Shown here in pieces: positions 31,201 through 45,700 of a stretch of DNA of 64,000 bases. Location of the stretch: NCBI RefSeq assembly GCF_009914755.1, contig NC_060928.1; one strand, written 5' to 3'. The stretch comes from the human T2T-CHM13v2.0 reference genome, Homo sapiens. The notes below the pieces were generated by a model. That model did no database searches, was not told the DNA's origin, and saw only the letters and a program-made list of their open reading frames with translations. Numbering within the stretch: position 1 is the stretch's first letter; the number at the start of each line of letters is the position of its first letter. Both the position numbers and the translations under genes were made by a program.

Positions 31201-34200
31201 TTAAGATTCCTATCTCTTACAGATACATATGGAAGAATTTATCATTGAGTAGGACATGTCTTAAAATAATCCAGTGAGGCAGGAAAAGGGGATATGCCGC
31301 TAACTGTAGAAGTGAGGTTATGGATATTTGAGGGTTCATTATACTATTTTATCTTCTTTTGTGTGTTTGTAAAAGTCTGCGTATTAAGTTTTAAAAGCTT
31401 TTCACAAAAATAAGAATTAAAAGCAGAATTGTTCGGTGGACTTTTCTTAAAGTTTAAAATATAACACAACCATTCTGAAATGTGATTGTATTTTTTTCAC
31501 TTTTAACTGCTTTATTGGGCTATAATTTACATCTACACAGTTCACCTACTATAGGTGTACAGTCTATTGATTTTTAGTAAGTTTTATGGTTGTACAATCA
31601 TAGAAACAATAATTTAATTTTAAACCAGGAGAATTTTTTTTAGTGTTAGGAGAAGAGTGTTTTGTTGTTGTTGTGAAACAAGGATCTACTTCAACAATGG
31701 TTAGGACAACAGCTTAGCTGTTTTAGAACCATGTCTATTTTTCCCTTCTTGAAATACCAAAATAATTCTAAAACAAAAAAATTTATCAGCAACTAGACTT
31801 TGTGACTAAAGCTACCTTTCTTCCTCCATCTTTACTGATATATTTCTTCCTTGCCAACATTTTTTCCTCTTTTCCATATATCTTCTCCCTTGGCAGACGG
31901 CCACTGCCAGCAGCAGCGGGCAGATGCAAGATCTGAATTGACTCTTCTGTGTTTCTAAAGCTAGGCCAGTGCAGCTCCAGGGAGGGATCCCACTACCCAT
32001 CTGACGTCCCCTTGGGAATGGCAGAATTATAACTCATCTTTCCCATTTCTGAGGAAGTGGGAAAAAACCTGAATCCCTAAAGCAGGGCTGAATACCACTG
32101 CACTCTTAGCTAAACTGATTTTTGGCTGCTCCACTGTCATTTCTACCCAGGCTTCAAGGTGTCGGGGTAAGTGATCCCCCACCTAACAATGGCTTCTGGT
32201 ATGTTTCTATAGGAATTGTTCTGTGTTTACTTCAGTGTCAGCTCTAGAAATCAGCATTTGTGCTTTCATTTTCAAATCTTCAGCCTCAATGGAAAAAGAA
32301 AAGTTGATTTTTTAGTGAAATCCTATATGCTTTTCATATGGGTGAAAAGATAACTTTAGAATAATTCACTTTGGATGCATAACACTAATACATAATAGTA
32401 TTAATATATAATAAATAAAATATACAATTAGCAACTGATACTCTTACACTTAAAAAAAGGTCAGAAAAGTTTTGTTTGAAGGTTTAGCATACCATAAATA
32501 AAATATTTGAGAATTTACAATCACTAATAATGCTCATATTTCAATGTTTTATGCACTTAAATCAAATACTTTGGGAAATTATATCTAGCTGGACACTCAT
32601 GGTCATCACTGATAAGGTATCACAATAGAATGTGCATCATACATAGAATCATTATCCAAACACTTTACAGTGTGTGAAAGGAGGTGATATTAAAAATTAC
32701 GCCAGGACACAGGTGTACACCAAAACTTTCCCAGGCTAACTGGGACACAGGGTAACTCTAGTTATAAACACATCGATGCAAAAACACTTAAGATTAATGG
32801 GATTGAAGTACATTCCCAGTTCTTAAGGGGCTATCATCAATTCTTCAATTGTTCTTCCCAAGCTCCTACTTTTGGAAAGCATTAGCCACTAGTAAGGGAA
32901 AGAAGCCAAAGGATTCTCTTTTATAATTTTGTCCCTTGAACTGGGATAATATTTTACCTTTGTACCACAGACATTCTTATCTTTACATTTATATCTCACT
33001 GAACTATGAACTTTAATGAATACTGAATTTAGCAAAACAGATTACAATTCATCAAATGAGAATTATGACAATCACCAAACTGTGAAATTTGGGGGAAAAA
33101 ATCAAATTCTAGGGAAGACATACCATCATTTGCAACTGGACAATTTAATTTTTTGAGAGACAGTGCCAAGAACCTTTATCACTATAAAATATCAACAATT
33201 TTGAGACTCTTTGATTACTGAGTAACTTAAATTAGAAATCCAAAATAGAAAGAGTCCACCTGGAGGTGCTCCCCAAAACTATTGATATCATTTAGCTAGT
33301 CCTAGAATTTAAATAACACTTCAATTTTCTTTAAGGTCTCTTCGCACTAAAAATGTCATAATTAAAATTCTCAGCAGTACTTACGTCTGTGAACGTTAAA
33401 ACCAAAATCAAACTAAAAACTTAAAAACCACTGAAATTTATAAACCAGAAGGATTTTCCACTTTAGTATAGAGATTATGATGAAATATGGCACAATTGTA
33501 TGAACTTATTAGTCCAACTAAATGAATTTACATTCTGCAGCGCTTCAATAATTAAACAAAATGGGTTTTTTTTTTTTTTGGAAGCCAAAATGATTTACAT
33601 TGAAAATTAAATTACTGAATAAAATACATGGTATGAAGCTAAAATGGTTTATAATAGGTGAATAGTAGTGATAGAATTTCCTTCTCAGAAACGAGAAATA
33701 TATATGCTAAAACCATTTCTGAATGAACTTCCAAAACTATTAACATCATTCATTTAAATACTTTGATATCAAGATGACACCAACTTAAATACTGGTTCTG
33801 ACAGTTTATTCCATTTATATAAGATATCACAAGGAGAAATTTAGAAACATTCTGATGAACCCAAATGAGAAACCTCAATATAGCTTTTCAACTAATATTT
33901 AAAGCAAACCATCTGAGGACACCATCAAATATGCTTCTTTTTTCCTAACTCATCACTACTATTACTACTATTTTATATTTTTATTTAAAATTAGCAACTC
34001 TATTTGCAAAAGTATCTATTTTCAGGCATCCTCGCTTAAGAAGCCCTCAGCAGGAAAGACTGCAATCACATGCAATTACAGATGGAAATGACACTCAAAT
34101 TTATCTATGGTATTTGTTTCCCAAAGCCAAAACAATGTTTCCCTGAGCTATATTTCACCATTGGTTTGATCCTGTAAGACAAAAATAACTTCAGTTTCTT

Positions 34201-34577
34201 AATATCATCTGTAAGAATGGGAGAAATTTGAGCAAATCATTATTAGTCATGCTGGCAACAACAACAAAAAAAAGTCATTTTGCCAGACAAACGAGAGGTC
34301 AGAGAAACCAACACAGAAATGGACCTGAAGTAAGCTATCAAAAGTACAAGAACAATTTAAAAATCGTAATAAATATAAATGGCATCAAAAGACTATCATT
34401 AAATGTTGAATTACAGTGCACCACAGAGACCCAATTCAAAAGATAAGAAGTTTCCATGTTTTCTCTCACTGTTGAGTTTTAAAATATTATAATCCCTAAG
34501 ATTTGATAAAGACAGACATTTAACAACTGTCCAGCATCTACCTATGACTTTGAGGAGACTCTGTATCTGGGTTTACA

Positions 34578-35050
34578 GCTCATTCACTTATTCATTCACC
34601 TACAGTACACTAGGTACTGTGTTATTTGTAGAGACTAAAGCCTAAACAAGATAGAGTCCCTCTCTGCTTTCAGGGGTCTGGTAGGAAAAAATAAATAGGA
34701 ATTTTAATAAATCATGTTAAAACCTAAGATAGGGCAAATTCAGGTGCCACAGGACACACAGGAGTCAAGGAAGCTTCGGCCACCTCTAAACTGAGTACTG
34801 AAGTTGTAGGAAGAATTAGCTAAAGTGAAGATGGAAAGAAGAGTAATCAAACACAGGGAACTCTGAGTCCAAGGGCCGGAGGTGGGGCAAGCAGCCCAAC
34901 AGACAGATGGGAGAGGCTGGTACTTTCATAAACCAAGTACAGCTGAAGAATAGACGTAGAGGCATGAGTGAAAAGTGATGAAACTAGAGAGGGACAGGCA
35001 GATTCCAAAGTTCGTATATGATGCTGAAGTATTCTGAGGAAGCTTGAAAA
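34578..35050 (-). mobile_element. L2 3' fragment
   Basis: ctcattcacttattcattcac...aacaagatagagtccctctctgc. Confidence 0.6.
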
Positions 35051-35934
35051 GTGAAGCCAAGTAAATGTGTGAATGCTGGGTGGGCTCATTTGTCTCCCTG
35101 ATACCTGTCCCCTAGCATCATCCTCACTGCACAGTGATTCTAAGTGATGTATCAGCAACATTATTAAATGCCATGGGCCTTTCTCTTAAGGCCAGGGTCC
35201 CAGTCTGTAAAATGAGTTTGCTCAGCACAGTTGGTAACCCTGGGTTTCTGCAGGCCTATGCAAGGCATGGAGTCTTCAGTTCAGCACTGGGGCTACCTTT
35301 CCTTTGCCTGCTGCTTCTGGCTCTCTCACCTACCCACACTCTTGAAGAGTATCTGCCCCTCTGCCTCTGGTTGAAGGCTATCTGACAGTAATGCCAGAAT
35401 TAAATAGGGACCATTGGAGGCTTCTGCATACTCCAAGTTTCTAAAATGTGAAGAGAACCACAACTACAAAGATGCAGAGGACAGGCAACTGGCGAGTTGC
35501 CAGGAAGTGCCTGGAAGCCACCAGGCCACCAGAAGGCACAGTTCTTAAAACTTGCTAATAAGCTCATTATATCTGGCTGTAAGAAGCGGTATGAGGTCCA
35601 CAGTTTATGAAAACATTTTGTCAGTTTTTTGGTATATGGGAAGATGAAGAAAACACCATGTGAAAAATGAGGTGTGAGGAAAGACTCCCTGCTGTTTGGG
35701 AGAATGGAACCTTTTCGAAGTTTTTGTGGACACATTTTCAAGTGGTTTTCCTCGGTGGTCAAACTTTGGAAGCTTCAGAGAACACATCATGATGGGGTCT
35801 GGTTTTCTCCCCTCCTCTTTCACGATGATGGGGTTTAGTTAGTGCACACATGGCTGTGCAGTGAGGAAGCACAGCAGGAGGTCATGTGTGTGCGTGTGTG
35901 GGGGGCCAGAGGGGCAAATAACAGAAGAGCACAG

Positions 35935-36305
35935 AAGCAAATCATAAATTTCCTGGCACAGCCACATTAAAAAGTAAAAATAAGTAGGTGAAATTAACTT
36001 TAGTAGTATATTTTTATTTAACCCAACCTAGCCAAAATATTAGCAATTTAATCTGTAATTAAATTTAATGTTATTAAAAATGTAATCAGTATAAAAATTA
36101 TCAGATTATCAGATATTTTATATATTTATAAATTATATATATATTTATATATAAATATATATATTTTATATATATTGATTTTTCATACAAGTCTTTAAAC
36201 CCCAATGTGCGTTTTACACTTATAGAACATCTCAATGTAGATTAGCCATATTTCAAGTGTTCAAAAGTCACATGTGGCCAGTGTCTACCACATTGGACAG
36301 TGCAT
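35935..36305. mobile_element. MER33-like hAT element with an internal AT-rich expansion
   Basis: gccacattaaaaagtaaaaa...ggtgaaattaacttta...tagccatatttcaagtgttcaa...cacatgtggc...attggacagtgca. Confidence 0.75.
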
Positions 36306-36900
36306 GTTTCAAGTATTTTAACCAGACATTCCACCCGCCTTATATCATAAGGCCATCAGAATACATAGACATTTTTCTTGTAGCAAAAGCAGCCAGCCTA
36401 GATTAAGGGGAGGCTCTCATTGCTAGGAGATGCTAGTTTCAACAGGCTCATGCCAGAATGCCCAGGGCAGAGTATGAAATATACAGCGACAGGGGCGGGG
36501 TCAAGGGTGAGGTCAGGTGGCAGAAGTGATGGACTTGTATCTTAAACCTATAGCTCCCCATTATAGGAACAGAACTATTCCTGATGTAAAATCTGTTGAG
36601 GTCTGCTTTCCAAAAACACTTTTTCCATCCACTCCTATTATTCCAGACTAAAGGTCTGGGAACAAAGGAACACATCTGCCCGTCCTTGCTGCTGTGAGAT
36701 TGCAGGAAGCAAGTCTTCAGCCTTAGTTACCTCACCTGGGAAATGGTGGAAAATGCAGAGCTGCTAAGTGCTGTGCCTGGCCACGGGCCTTTGTAATCTT
36801 TCTCACTGCCTCCTGGATTTCCTGTTAGGATGAGGTGCCATACTTCTCTGGAACTATAAAGGATGAAAATCATTCCATGGCTTGCTTCCCAACGCCTTTA

Positions 36901-37230
<330 letters not shown>

Positions 37231-37244
37231 AAAAAATAAAATCT

Positions 37245-37720
37245 AATCTCCCTATAATTGTCTTTGAGGCCCTACATGATCTAGTAGAACTTAAGTCTCT
37301 GCCCCAACTCTAATGTCACACTCATTTCATCTCCCTCCCATACCACATTAGCCATTGCCTTTTTCTCTGTCATTCTAGTCTCCTTCCTGCCCCAGGGCCT
37401 TTGCACCGTGCCAGGGCACACTTTAAGCTCTCTTGTGTCTCATATTCCAAGTCTCAAGCTCCTTTTCCAACTGGGCCTCTCCAGACCACACTGACTAACA
37501 TAACCATTCCCTTGCACTTTACCTGCGCCATCGGATCATCTTTTCCTTCCCCCACCCATTCTATTTTACCTGTTTGCTTATTTGCAAATTGTCTGTCTTC
37601 CTCACTAGAACTTATTCTCTGTGAGGGCAGTGGTAGCCTCTGCCCCCAGTGCCAATGACAGCATCTGACACCCAGGAGATATTCAACAAATATTTCATGA
37701 TTATGTGAATAAATGGATGC
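37245..37720 (+). mobile_element. L2 3' fragment
   Basis: cccagggcctttgcac...cactagaac...gtgagggcag...ttcaacaaatattt...tgaataaatg. Confidence 0.65.
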
Positions 37721-37804
37721 TATGAAAATACAGAGTTTCATCATTAACTACTACAGCAAATCATATTGTAGGGAGTTATTTTTCATCATAAAAATATTTT
37801 ATTA

Positions 37805-38123
37805 AGAACATTATGCTAAGCTAAATAAGCCAGTCAAAAAAGGACAAATGTTGTATAATTTCACTTACATTAGGTACCTAGAGAAGTCAAATTCACAGAG
37901 ACAGAAAGTAGAATGGTGCATGACAGGGGCTGGGGGGAAGAGGAATTAGGATTTAAGTGTTTAATAGGTACAGATTTTCAGTTTTTGCAAGATGAAAAAA
38001 GTTCTGGAGATGGATGGTGGTGATATGGTTGCATAACAATGTGAATGTCTTAATGCTGCTGAACTGTACACTTGAAAATAATTAAGATGATAAATCTAAT
38101 GTGTATTTTATCACCATTGAAAA
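37805..38123 (+). mobile_element. L1MB-type 3' end
   Basis: aacattatgctaag...gtcaaattcacagagacagaaagtagaatggtg...gttctggagatggatggtggtgat...ctgaactgtacactt. Confidence 0.85.
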
Positions 38124-38916
38124 CTGCTACAATGATATACACTTATCAAACAGGCACAAAGTAAGGAGATGGCGGCATCTGTTGCTGGTGGGGATGGAGG
38201 AAGGGTCCTCAAACTACTGGAAGAAATGTGAATTATTTCCATCTTTGGAAAGCAATCTGGCAACATTTCTTAAAATAATTTGACTCAGAATCTTAATCTA
38301 GAATCCTATTAAATGCAATAAATGTAGGAATATGCATACATATAAAGCATCTTCTGAGCAGCACTCTCTTTCCACTAAACTGTGAGCCACATGTGAGAGG
38401 GGTCCACAGCATACAGATTTCTTGATTCCTGTGGGCCCTGAATTTACTGGACAAGTAAAGCAACATCACAACATAATTAGCTGTCATATAATTTCCTGCT
38501 ATGCTTAAAGGATAGACATTTTCTCTTTCTTCCTCATTCTTTTTCTCTAAAATTTTACAGAAAATATTTTCTCACAGAAGCAGGGGAAAGACTACTTACT
38601 AAAAACTGGTTAACCAATGCAAATGTATCATCAAATCAACTTCTCTTTAGGATAAGAAATTTAAAATCTATTACAAAGAGAAACAGTTTGCATATATAAG
38701 AAGCTGAGGTATATCAGTGAGTGAACTGCTATCACATTAAGCTTCAAACATTTGATTTTCCAAGACATTTTGTCAAATCAAAAGTTTTATGTGTACTCAA
38801 TGAGACTAACTTAACACACAAAAATACTATTAAAATGATTCTAATAAAGGTAGGAACGTTAATTGGTTACAGGACGGTTACTATTTTAGGTGGCAGGATT
38901 TCTTCATACTTTTCAG

Positions 38917-39224
38917 GTTTTTTTTTTTTTTTTTTAATTTTTAGAGACAAAGTCTCACTCTGTCACCCAGGCTGGAGTACAGTGGTATGATCATAGGTCA
39001 CTGCAGCCTTGAACCTCTTGGCTCAAGAAATCCTCCTGCCTCAGCTTCCTGAGTAGCTAGGATTATGGGTGTGTGCTACCATGCCTGGCTAATTTTTGTT
39101 TTTTATAGAGATGGAGTCTTGCTGTGTTACCCAAGCTAGTCTTGAATTCCTGGCCTCAGGCAATCCTCTCCTGTTGGCCTCCCAAAGCACGGGGATTACA
39201 GGTATGAACCACTGTGGCTCAGCC
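38917..39224 (-). mobile_element. AluJ-like SINE
   Basis: Poly-T, tcactgcagccttgaac, dimer. Confidence 0.92.
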
Positions 39225-41089
39225 CTAAAGACATTTCTTTAACTTTGGGAAAGAGGGTCACATGATAAACAGGATCTCCACAAAGACCACTAATATGCTC
39301 TTTATTACAACTCAGACTGAAGTTAATTTTACTTTATTTGACTGCCTCAATGATTACTTTTTAAAAGGCTTTCCAATATCCACCTAATATGCTTTCGAGT
39401 TCCATTTGAGACCAGACTTGCTTCACTGGATTTCAAAGGGCTCCATGACACTTCCTTATATACTAAGGAATATTATATGCCACTTGGAGACTCATTTAGT
39501 TAATTTTCATTTTAACAAATACAATTTCCACATAGTGGGTTTTCTTTAAATGGGGTACACTTAACAGCTCAGAACAGAGCTCATGAGTAGTTCCCTGCTA
39601 CCCTGCTGTCAAAGAAAATATACAATGACACATTCATAGATTAAAAACGTGCAGCCGCTCTGATTTCTTACCATAGTATAGAGCATTTGGCACCCATGAA
39701 AAGCAAATCAGCTGTGGATTTCAACATCATGCCAAGTATGGCTTTGGTACCATTTCATTAAGAAAACTGCTGTATGATTGCTGCCATAATTTCTGCATCT
39801 GAAAAGCTTCCTGTGGTTAGGTCATTTGCAAGTGGTACTATGTACAAAGTTACCAAGACAGGTTGGCTTGAGAGGCAGACAATGGTTTAAGTAAGAGAAT
39901 GAGTTTATATCACAGTAAATTCTGGCTAATATGTACCAGCAGTGACGTCCACGTACAGGTGGAGCTGGCAGTTAACTCCTGACAAAACTACCACTTCAAC
40001 AGATGGTGCCTATGATCCTATCCTGAGACATTTACTGACTTCTTTTGTTTAAAACGCCAGTAACACGAAAGCCATCCTCAGTAAACAGTGCGCTCTTTAT
40101 CTTAGTGTACATATTGGCTTCTTGAGGGCCAGATAGCTACATAGGTTTTGGGGTGAGAAGGGTGCCCATCCCAGGTATTTCTAGGAAAAACTGCTGAAAG
40201 TTTAAAAATATGTTTTTAGACAATGTAAATAAACTTCAATTTAAAATTGTTAACCGAAGGCACTCCCTCCCCTCCACTTTTCTCCAATATGCTACACTCG
40301 AAATTGTAGCTACTTTGTCAGGATACCAGCAATGGCTCTGAAGTCAGATTCAGGCTTGAGTGTAAGTTTTGTCATTTATAGCTGTGAGATCTTGCCTAAA
40401 TTACTTACCTGCAAGTGTTTACTAGTATGACCACATGCATAAATACGACTGTGCATAAGGAAAGGGAGATGAGTTTCACTATGCAATTTCATCCCAGGAA
40501 CACGCATGCAGGGTCTTAACTTAGGCTACTACAGGCTGTCAACAAATCTGGTTACTAAAGACCTGGCCTTGAAGGGAGAGGAAGAGCCTAGTATTTTTTT
40601 AAAATCAATTATTGCATTATCTTCTCTTTCTTTTAAAAGTTTTTAAGTATCCATGGTCAGAATTTTGGTAAAATTGTTGCAAGTTAGAATTTAAATTACT
40701 CCTTTTACAAAAATTACATTTAGGACTTTTGATCTCTGCCCATACCTAATATCATGCAGTGAATCTCTTCTACAAAATAGTGTTATAGCTTTTAATGTCA
40801 TCCATCACCCTATATGATAATACAACAGAGCAATCTGAGAAACTGGAAAAGCTGCCTGTGGATGTCTGCATCCAATTTCAATGATTTTTTTTTCTCACCA
40901 GGATTCGAAGCAGCCCCTTACTGATTTCAAATGCACATTTTATGTTTAGTGCTTGGAGGAGCCGGGTAGTGTTGGAATCTGACATAAAAATTATTATTCC
41001 CCTGACATTTTATATACTATTTCATCAAATAACAGCTTTGCATATTATGTGGCACATGTCCAGTCTGACAAGTAATAAGAGCACTGTGA

Positions 41090-41485
41090 ACAGCGATCAT
41101 TTATTTAATGTCTACAATGTGCCAGGTACTTGGCACACATCATCTCCAATCACTGAAGCATCTTGATAAGCTAAGTATTACCAGATCTTAATTTTATAGT
41201 TAAGAATCAGGGAGAGGCTGGGTATCTTGCCCAAAGTCCTAGGGCCAGGAGTGTCACATGATGAAATAAAATAAGAAACACTTTGAAGTCAGAAAAACCT
41301 GCGTGCAATTCCTAGCTCTGTCCTTCACTGTGTAACTATGGACAAACTGCTTAATTTCTCTAATTTCCTCATCAAAAATTAGAATATTGCTTAACTTCTA
41401 CAGAAATTATACAGAAAATAAAATCACAGAATGTCCATTTTGGTGCGAGACTTACAGTAGCATTTAATAAATGCTAACTGATGAC
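41090..41485. mobile_element. Two MIR fragments in opposite orientation
   Basis: catttatttaatgtctacaatgtgccagg (-) followed by gaagtcagaaaaacctg...ttcctagctctg...aataaatgctaact (+). Confidence 0.6.
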
Positions 41486-41683
41486 TACTGTAAATGGTGA
41501 CACTGGAATTTGAACATAGCCTCCTAAAGCTATGATTCTGATGACAACCCAGTACATCTAAACTGAACCTAGGAAATGAGACACTATCCTGTAGTCTCAA
41601 TTACTATTAAAATGAAAAAAAGCAGGTGTCAAGCAAAACCTTTAAACATTAAGCTTTATTAGACTGAACCTGGAAATACTGTC

Positions 41684-41756
41684 TTCGATGAAAATTTTGT
41701 ATGTAGAAAGAATTTCATTTTCGATGGAAATTTTGTATGAAGAAAATTTTGTATGA
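41684..41756. repeat. Short imperfect local triplication
   Basis: ttcgatg(a/g)aaattttgtatg(t/a)agaaa at 41684 and 41720, plus a third gaaaattttgtatga at 41742. Confidence 0.85.
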
Positions 41757-41988
41757 TCTACATTACATATGACAGAACTATTTTACTATAAGATTTTAAT
41801 CAAATCTTAAGCAGTGGGAAGAATACTTATCTTATGATTTACTTGTGTAAAATAAAATAAATCAGTGCCTGGGATTAATTTCCCACTGATTTCTTAATTA
41901 GCCATCCAATAAGAATGAGTGGGTACACACAATATGTTCTAGAAGCCTAAGTGTAAGAAACGAATGGTGTTCCCTGGTCAGATGCTAT

Positions 41989-42013
41989 AACAACAACAAC
42001 AACAACAACAACA
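41989..42013. repeat. (AAC)n microsatellite
   Basis: About 8 AAC units. Confidence 0.9.
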
Positions 42014-42410
42014 AAACAGAGGGCTCTCTCCATGAGACTATATGAGGCCATTTCCATTTTTAAAAAGACTGGTCTACAACAGGTAGAATGACTGCATTTC
42101 AGGTACACACCTTTCTGCATAATAATATTGTCTTCAGTAATTGCTTTTCCTCAAGCAACAAAAAGTCCAAATCACCTATAATGCATAGTAGAATATCATA
42201 ATACAATTACTAAAGAAAAAATTGTTTACAAGGTGAAAATGTTTGCTAATTTTTCAACTTAAACAAATTTCAGTAACTGTAAAAAATATTTAATACAGAG
42301 TTGAGGATTTTAAAAAAATTCACTACTGAAGGTATCATATCCACAAGTATCTGAAATCACATTCTTCTTGTAGTCCAGTTAGCAACTGAGGATCTTCAAA
42401 TAAATCCTAA

Positions 42411-42745
<335 letters not shown>

Positions 42746-45700
42746 TAATTTTATAATTTTAAAAGGGAAGTTGCTTAAAGGAACTTTATATCTAAAACCA
42801 TTTAGTAACGATATTTTATAAGTATTTCTTAATCCAGTCTCCTATAAAAACAGTGATTTTTATTAATGCCTATTAGCATTACTTTTATTACTATTCCTTT
42901 TTAAAATGTAATGTCAGGTCATCTTTGATAGTTAAAAAAAGGATAAAGAGAAAAGCACAATTAGTACTTATGTAATGGTAAGTTATGATAAAGACAGAAC
43001 AGAAAGCCTACTCTGGTTTCCTGCATAAATGGAGAAACATACTTTCATGTTACTTTTCGATGTGCCACCTCACGATGGGAAATGTAATTTGCTCAAATTT
43101 TCAAGTAACTTTAAAAATGCAATAATTTTCTGGTTTTACAGAGAATGTGTTAACGGCTCAATAGAGGTTAATTTTTCCTACTAAAATCATTTCTTTTTTG
43201 TTCACATCTCATCCCAATGGGTCACTACTATAAATTACAACTTAGTCTGATAAAGAAACTAGCTACCCGTATCTGAAAACTCCAATTTTCTGCCTAGTGA
43301 ACTGAGTTCAGTAGTGGGCAACTTTGTAAAATGGGAAATCTTTCCTGCTTCTATTTGACTTTTGTGCAATTTGTATTGCTTTACTGAAAAAGACAAAGTT
43401 AATTCCTAAGGCCCAATATGATGAGTCTGCTCTACAGGTAATTTTCAAGACACAGTAGATGATTTAAAAAATAGAAGCACACTGCTGAGAATAAAGTCAA
43501 TTGTGGAATCTAGTATCCGTGGGCCTTTTTATTAGTGGGAATGGACCACAGCACATTCTTGGTGCCTAGTCCATAGTAAGCACTCCACAGCTGTTGCTGA
43601 ATTGAATGAATGTGCCTGGTTTCTGCTGGCTCTGGACTTGAAGTGTTGCCCTTTCCATTTCCATTTCCGGTTACTGCTTTATCCCAAATTGGCTCTAGCC
43701 CTTTTGGTCCCTTACCCCATCATGTGTCTTCTCAGCACTTGCTCATGGGTTGATGTTCTAAGTTCTGAACCTGGTTTTTCATGATTCAGTGTGATCTGAC
43801 CTCAGTCACTGCTATAGCTCTGGTCTGTCAGATGCCGGTTACATTAGGCAAAGGTCAGCTATTTCAATATTTTAGAGATGCAACATAAGTAATTTTGAAT
43901 TTTAAGTATCACTAGTGATAACAACTTATGATTTTCAAATAAATCCTAATCTGATGTGTAATTTAAAAAATTTAAATCATGTGATATTTAATTTAAAAAA
44001 CTGAAAGGGAGGTTGAAGAGATTTTTGATCTAATATTTAGAAATGGCATGACTATAACAATTTCATCGACCATTCTCCTTGGAAACAGTGATTTTTATTT
44101 AAGATTTCTAATTAATGGCTAATACTCTTATCATTCCAATTCTTTTTCAAATGTGCTTTCAGTTTATATTGTATTCTAAAAAACAAAACAATTAAAACTT
44201 ATGTAATCTTAGCAATATCAAATTGCTGAGCCCAGTTCAGCTGGGAAAATGTGATGGTGCAGGCCAGATGAAAAATGACCAACCTAGACTAATCCTGCAC
44301 TGGTTTTCCAATTAAGTTGTGGGAGGGTAAGAGAATGCAATATGTTTTAGAGATCTTGGTACAGTTAATTAAAGGGAAAAAAGGAAGTAAAAAGTAGTTG
44401 TGATCTTCTAAATTGTTTAAGATGCAGAAAGAGCGTGAAAACTATCTTTGCTCTTTGTCTGGTTCTGTATTGGGGCAAACTAAATTTAAATCCTGGTCTT
44501 AAATGCAACGGCTTTCTCAGTTGGCCCTTTAGCACAATATTCATAAACAATAGAGATCTACCTAAACCAGTGACAAGGAAGTAAACACTCCAGGTCTTCC
44601 CTAAAGTAACATATGTTTTTCTGCAATTTTTACTTTTTCCCCTTCAAATCAAATATTTAACATGTACATAAAGTAGCCACAGTTTAAATATTCCAAATTT
44701 TATTGAGAACCAAGGTGTAATATTACTTAACAAAGAAAAACTCTTTAAAATATAACGTTTATAAAGCACTCCCTTGCTGTTTCTAAAGCAGTTTAAACGT
44801 ATGTGTGTTAATTTTTATCTTTCTAACTCAGAGATGGGCAGGGCAGATACTTTGAAGATTTTCATTTTGTTTACAGACAAGGAAACAGACTTATTTGCTG
44901 AGTCTCTGAGTGGGCAGTATCATTCTGTATAACACTATATAAAAATGATATTGGAACCTACAATGGTGCCGCCTTTATTATACACCAGTGATAACACTTA
45001 CTGGAAAACTCTCAAAGCAAGGGTTCAAAATGTTAGTCAGCCTTTCACTAAATACTAGTAAATGGTCAGTACGGCTTCTAAGAGGGTGGTATGAATCTCC
45101 AAACTAAAGCCCTAGGTCTTCCTTTCAAATTGAAGAAGAAAATAAAATATAAAAAGGGATTGAGAGGAAGGAGGAGGTATTTGCTTCCCCCCGACCAAAA
45201 AAAAAAATTCTATAGTTTTGATTCCACTGAAACAAGTAAAAAGAACTTAATGAGCCTGTACTAGATCTAGAATACTGTACATAAGTATGAATTTATATCA
45301 GACTTATCAAAAATCTCATACCATCTACTTTTCAGCTGATTTGCTATAAGTGACCTTTCAATCTTGTTGATAGTTATGATGCCCTCCTAGATTTGTATTC
45401 TTTCATCTTTTGCTTTATTTCATGTTTTCGCTGTTAGAAAAGTAAACATTTTTATAAAGATGCATTCTGTTGTCGAATGTCGGTGATTTAATGAAGCTAA
45501 AGGCTCTAGTAAAGACATTAAAGACTCCATAGAGGTGTGAGTTTAAATGTCTTATACCTGTAAGGAGAAAATACATTTCTCTCTCTTCCTTGGGATTGTT
45601 CTTTGCTAGGTGAGGTATAAGAATTCACTGTTAATTAGCAAGACAGCACACACAGGAAGGTGACGCTTTTGTAAATGTAATGTTAGAGTCAACAAATTCT

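Noticed and set aside
39665-39800. Strong donor ATG|gtaaga on the minus strand in unique sequence
   Set aside because: No clear matching acceptor or protein similarity; isolated donors are common.
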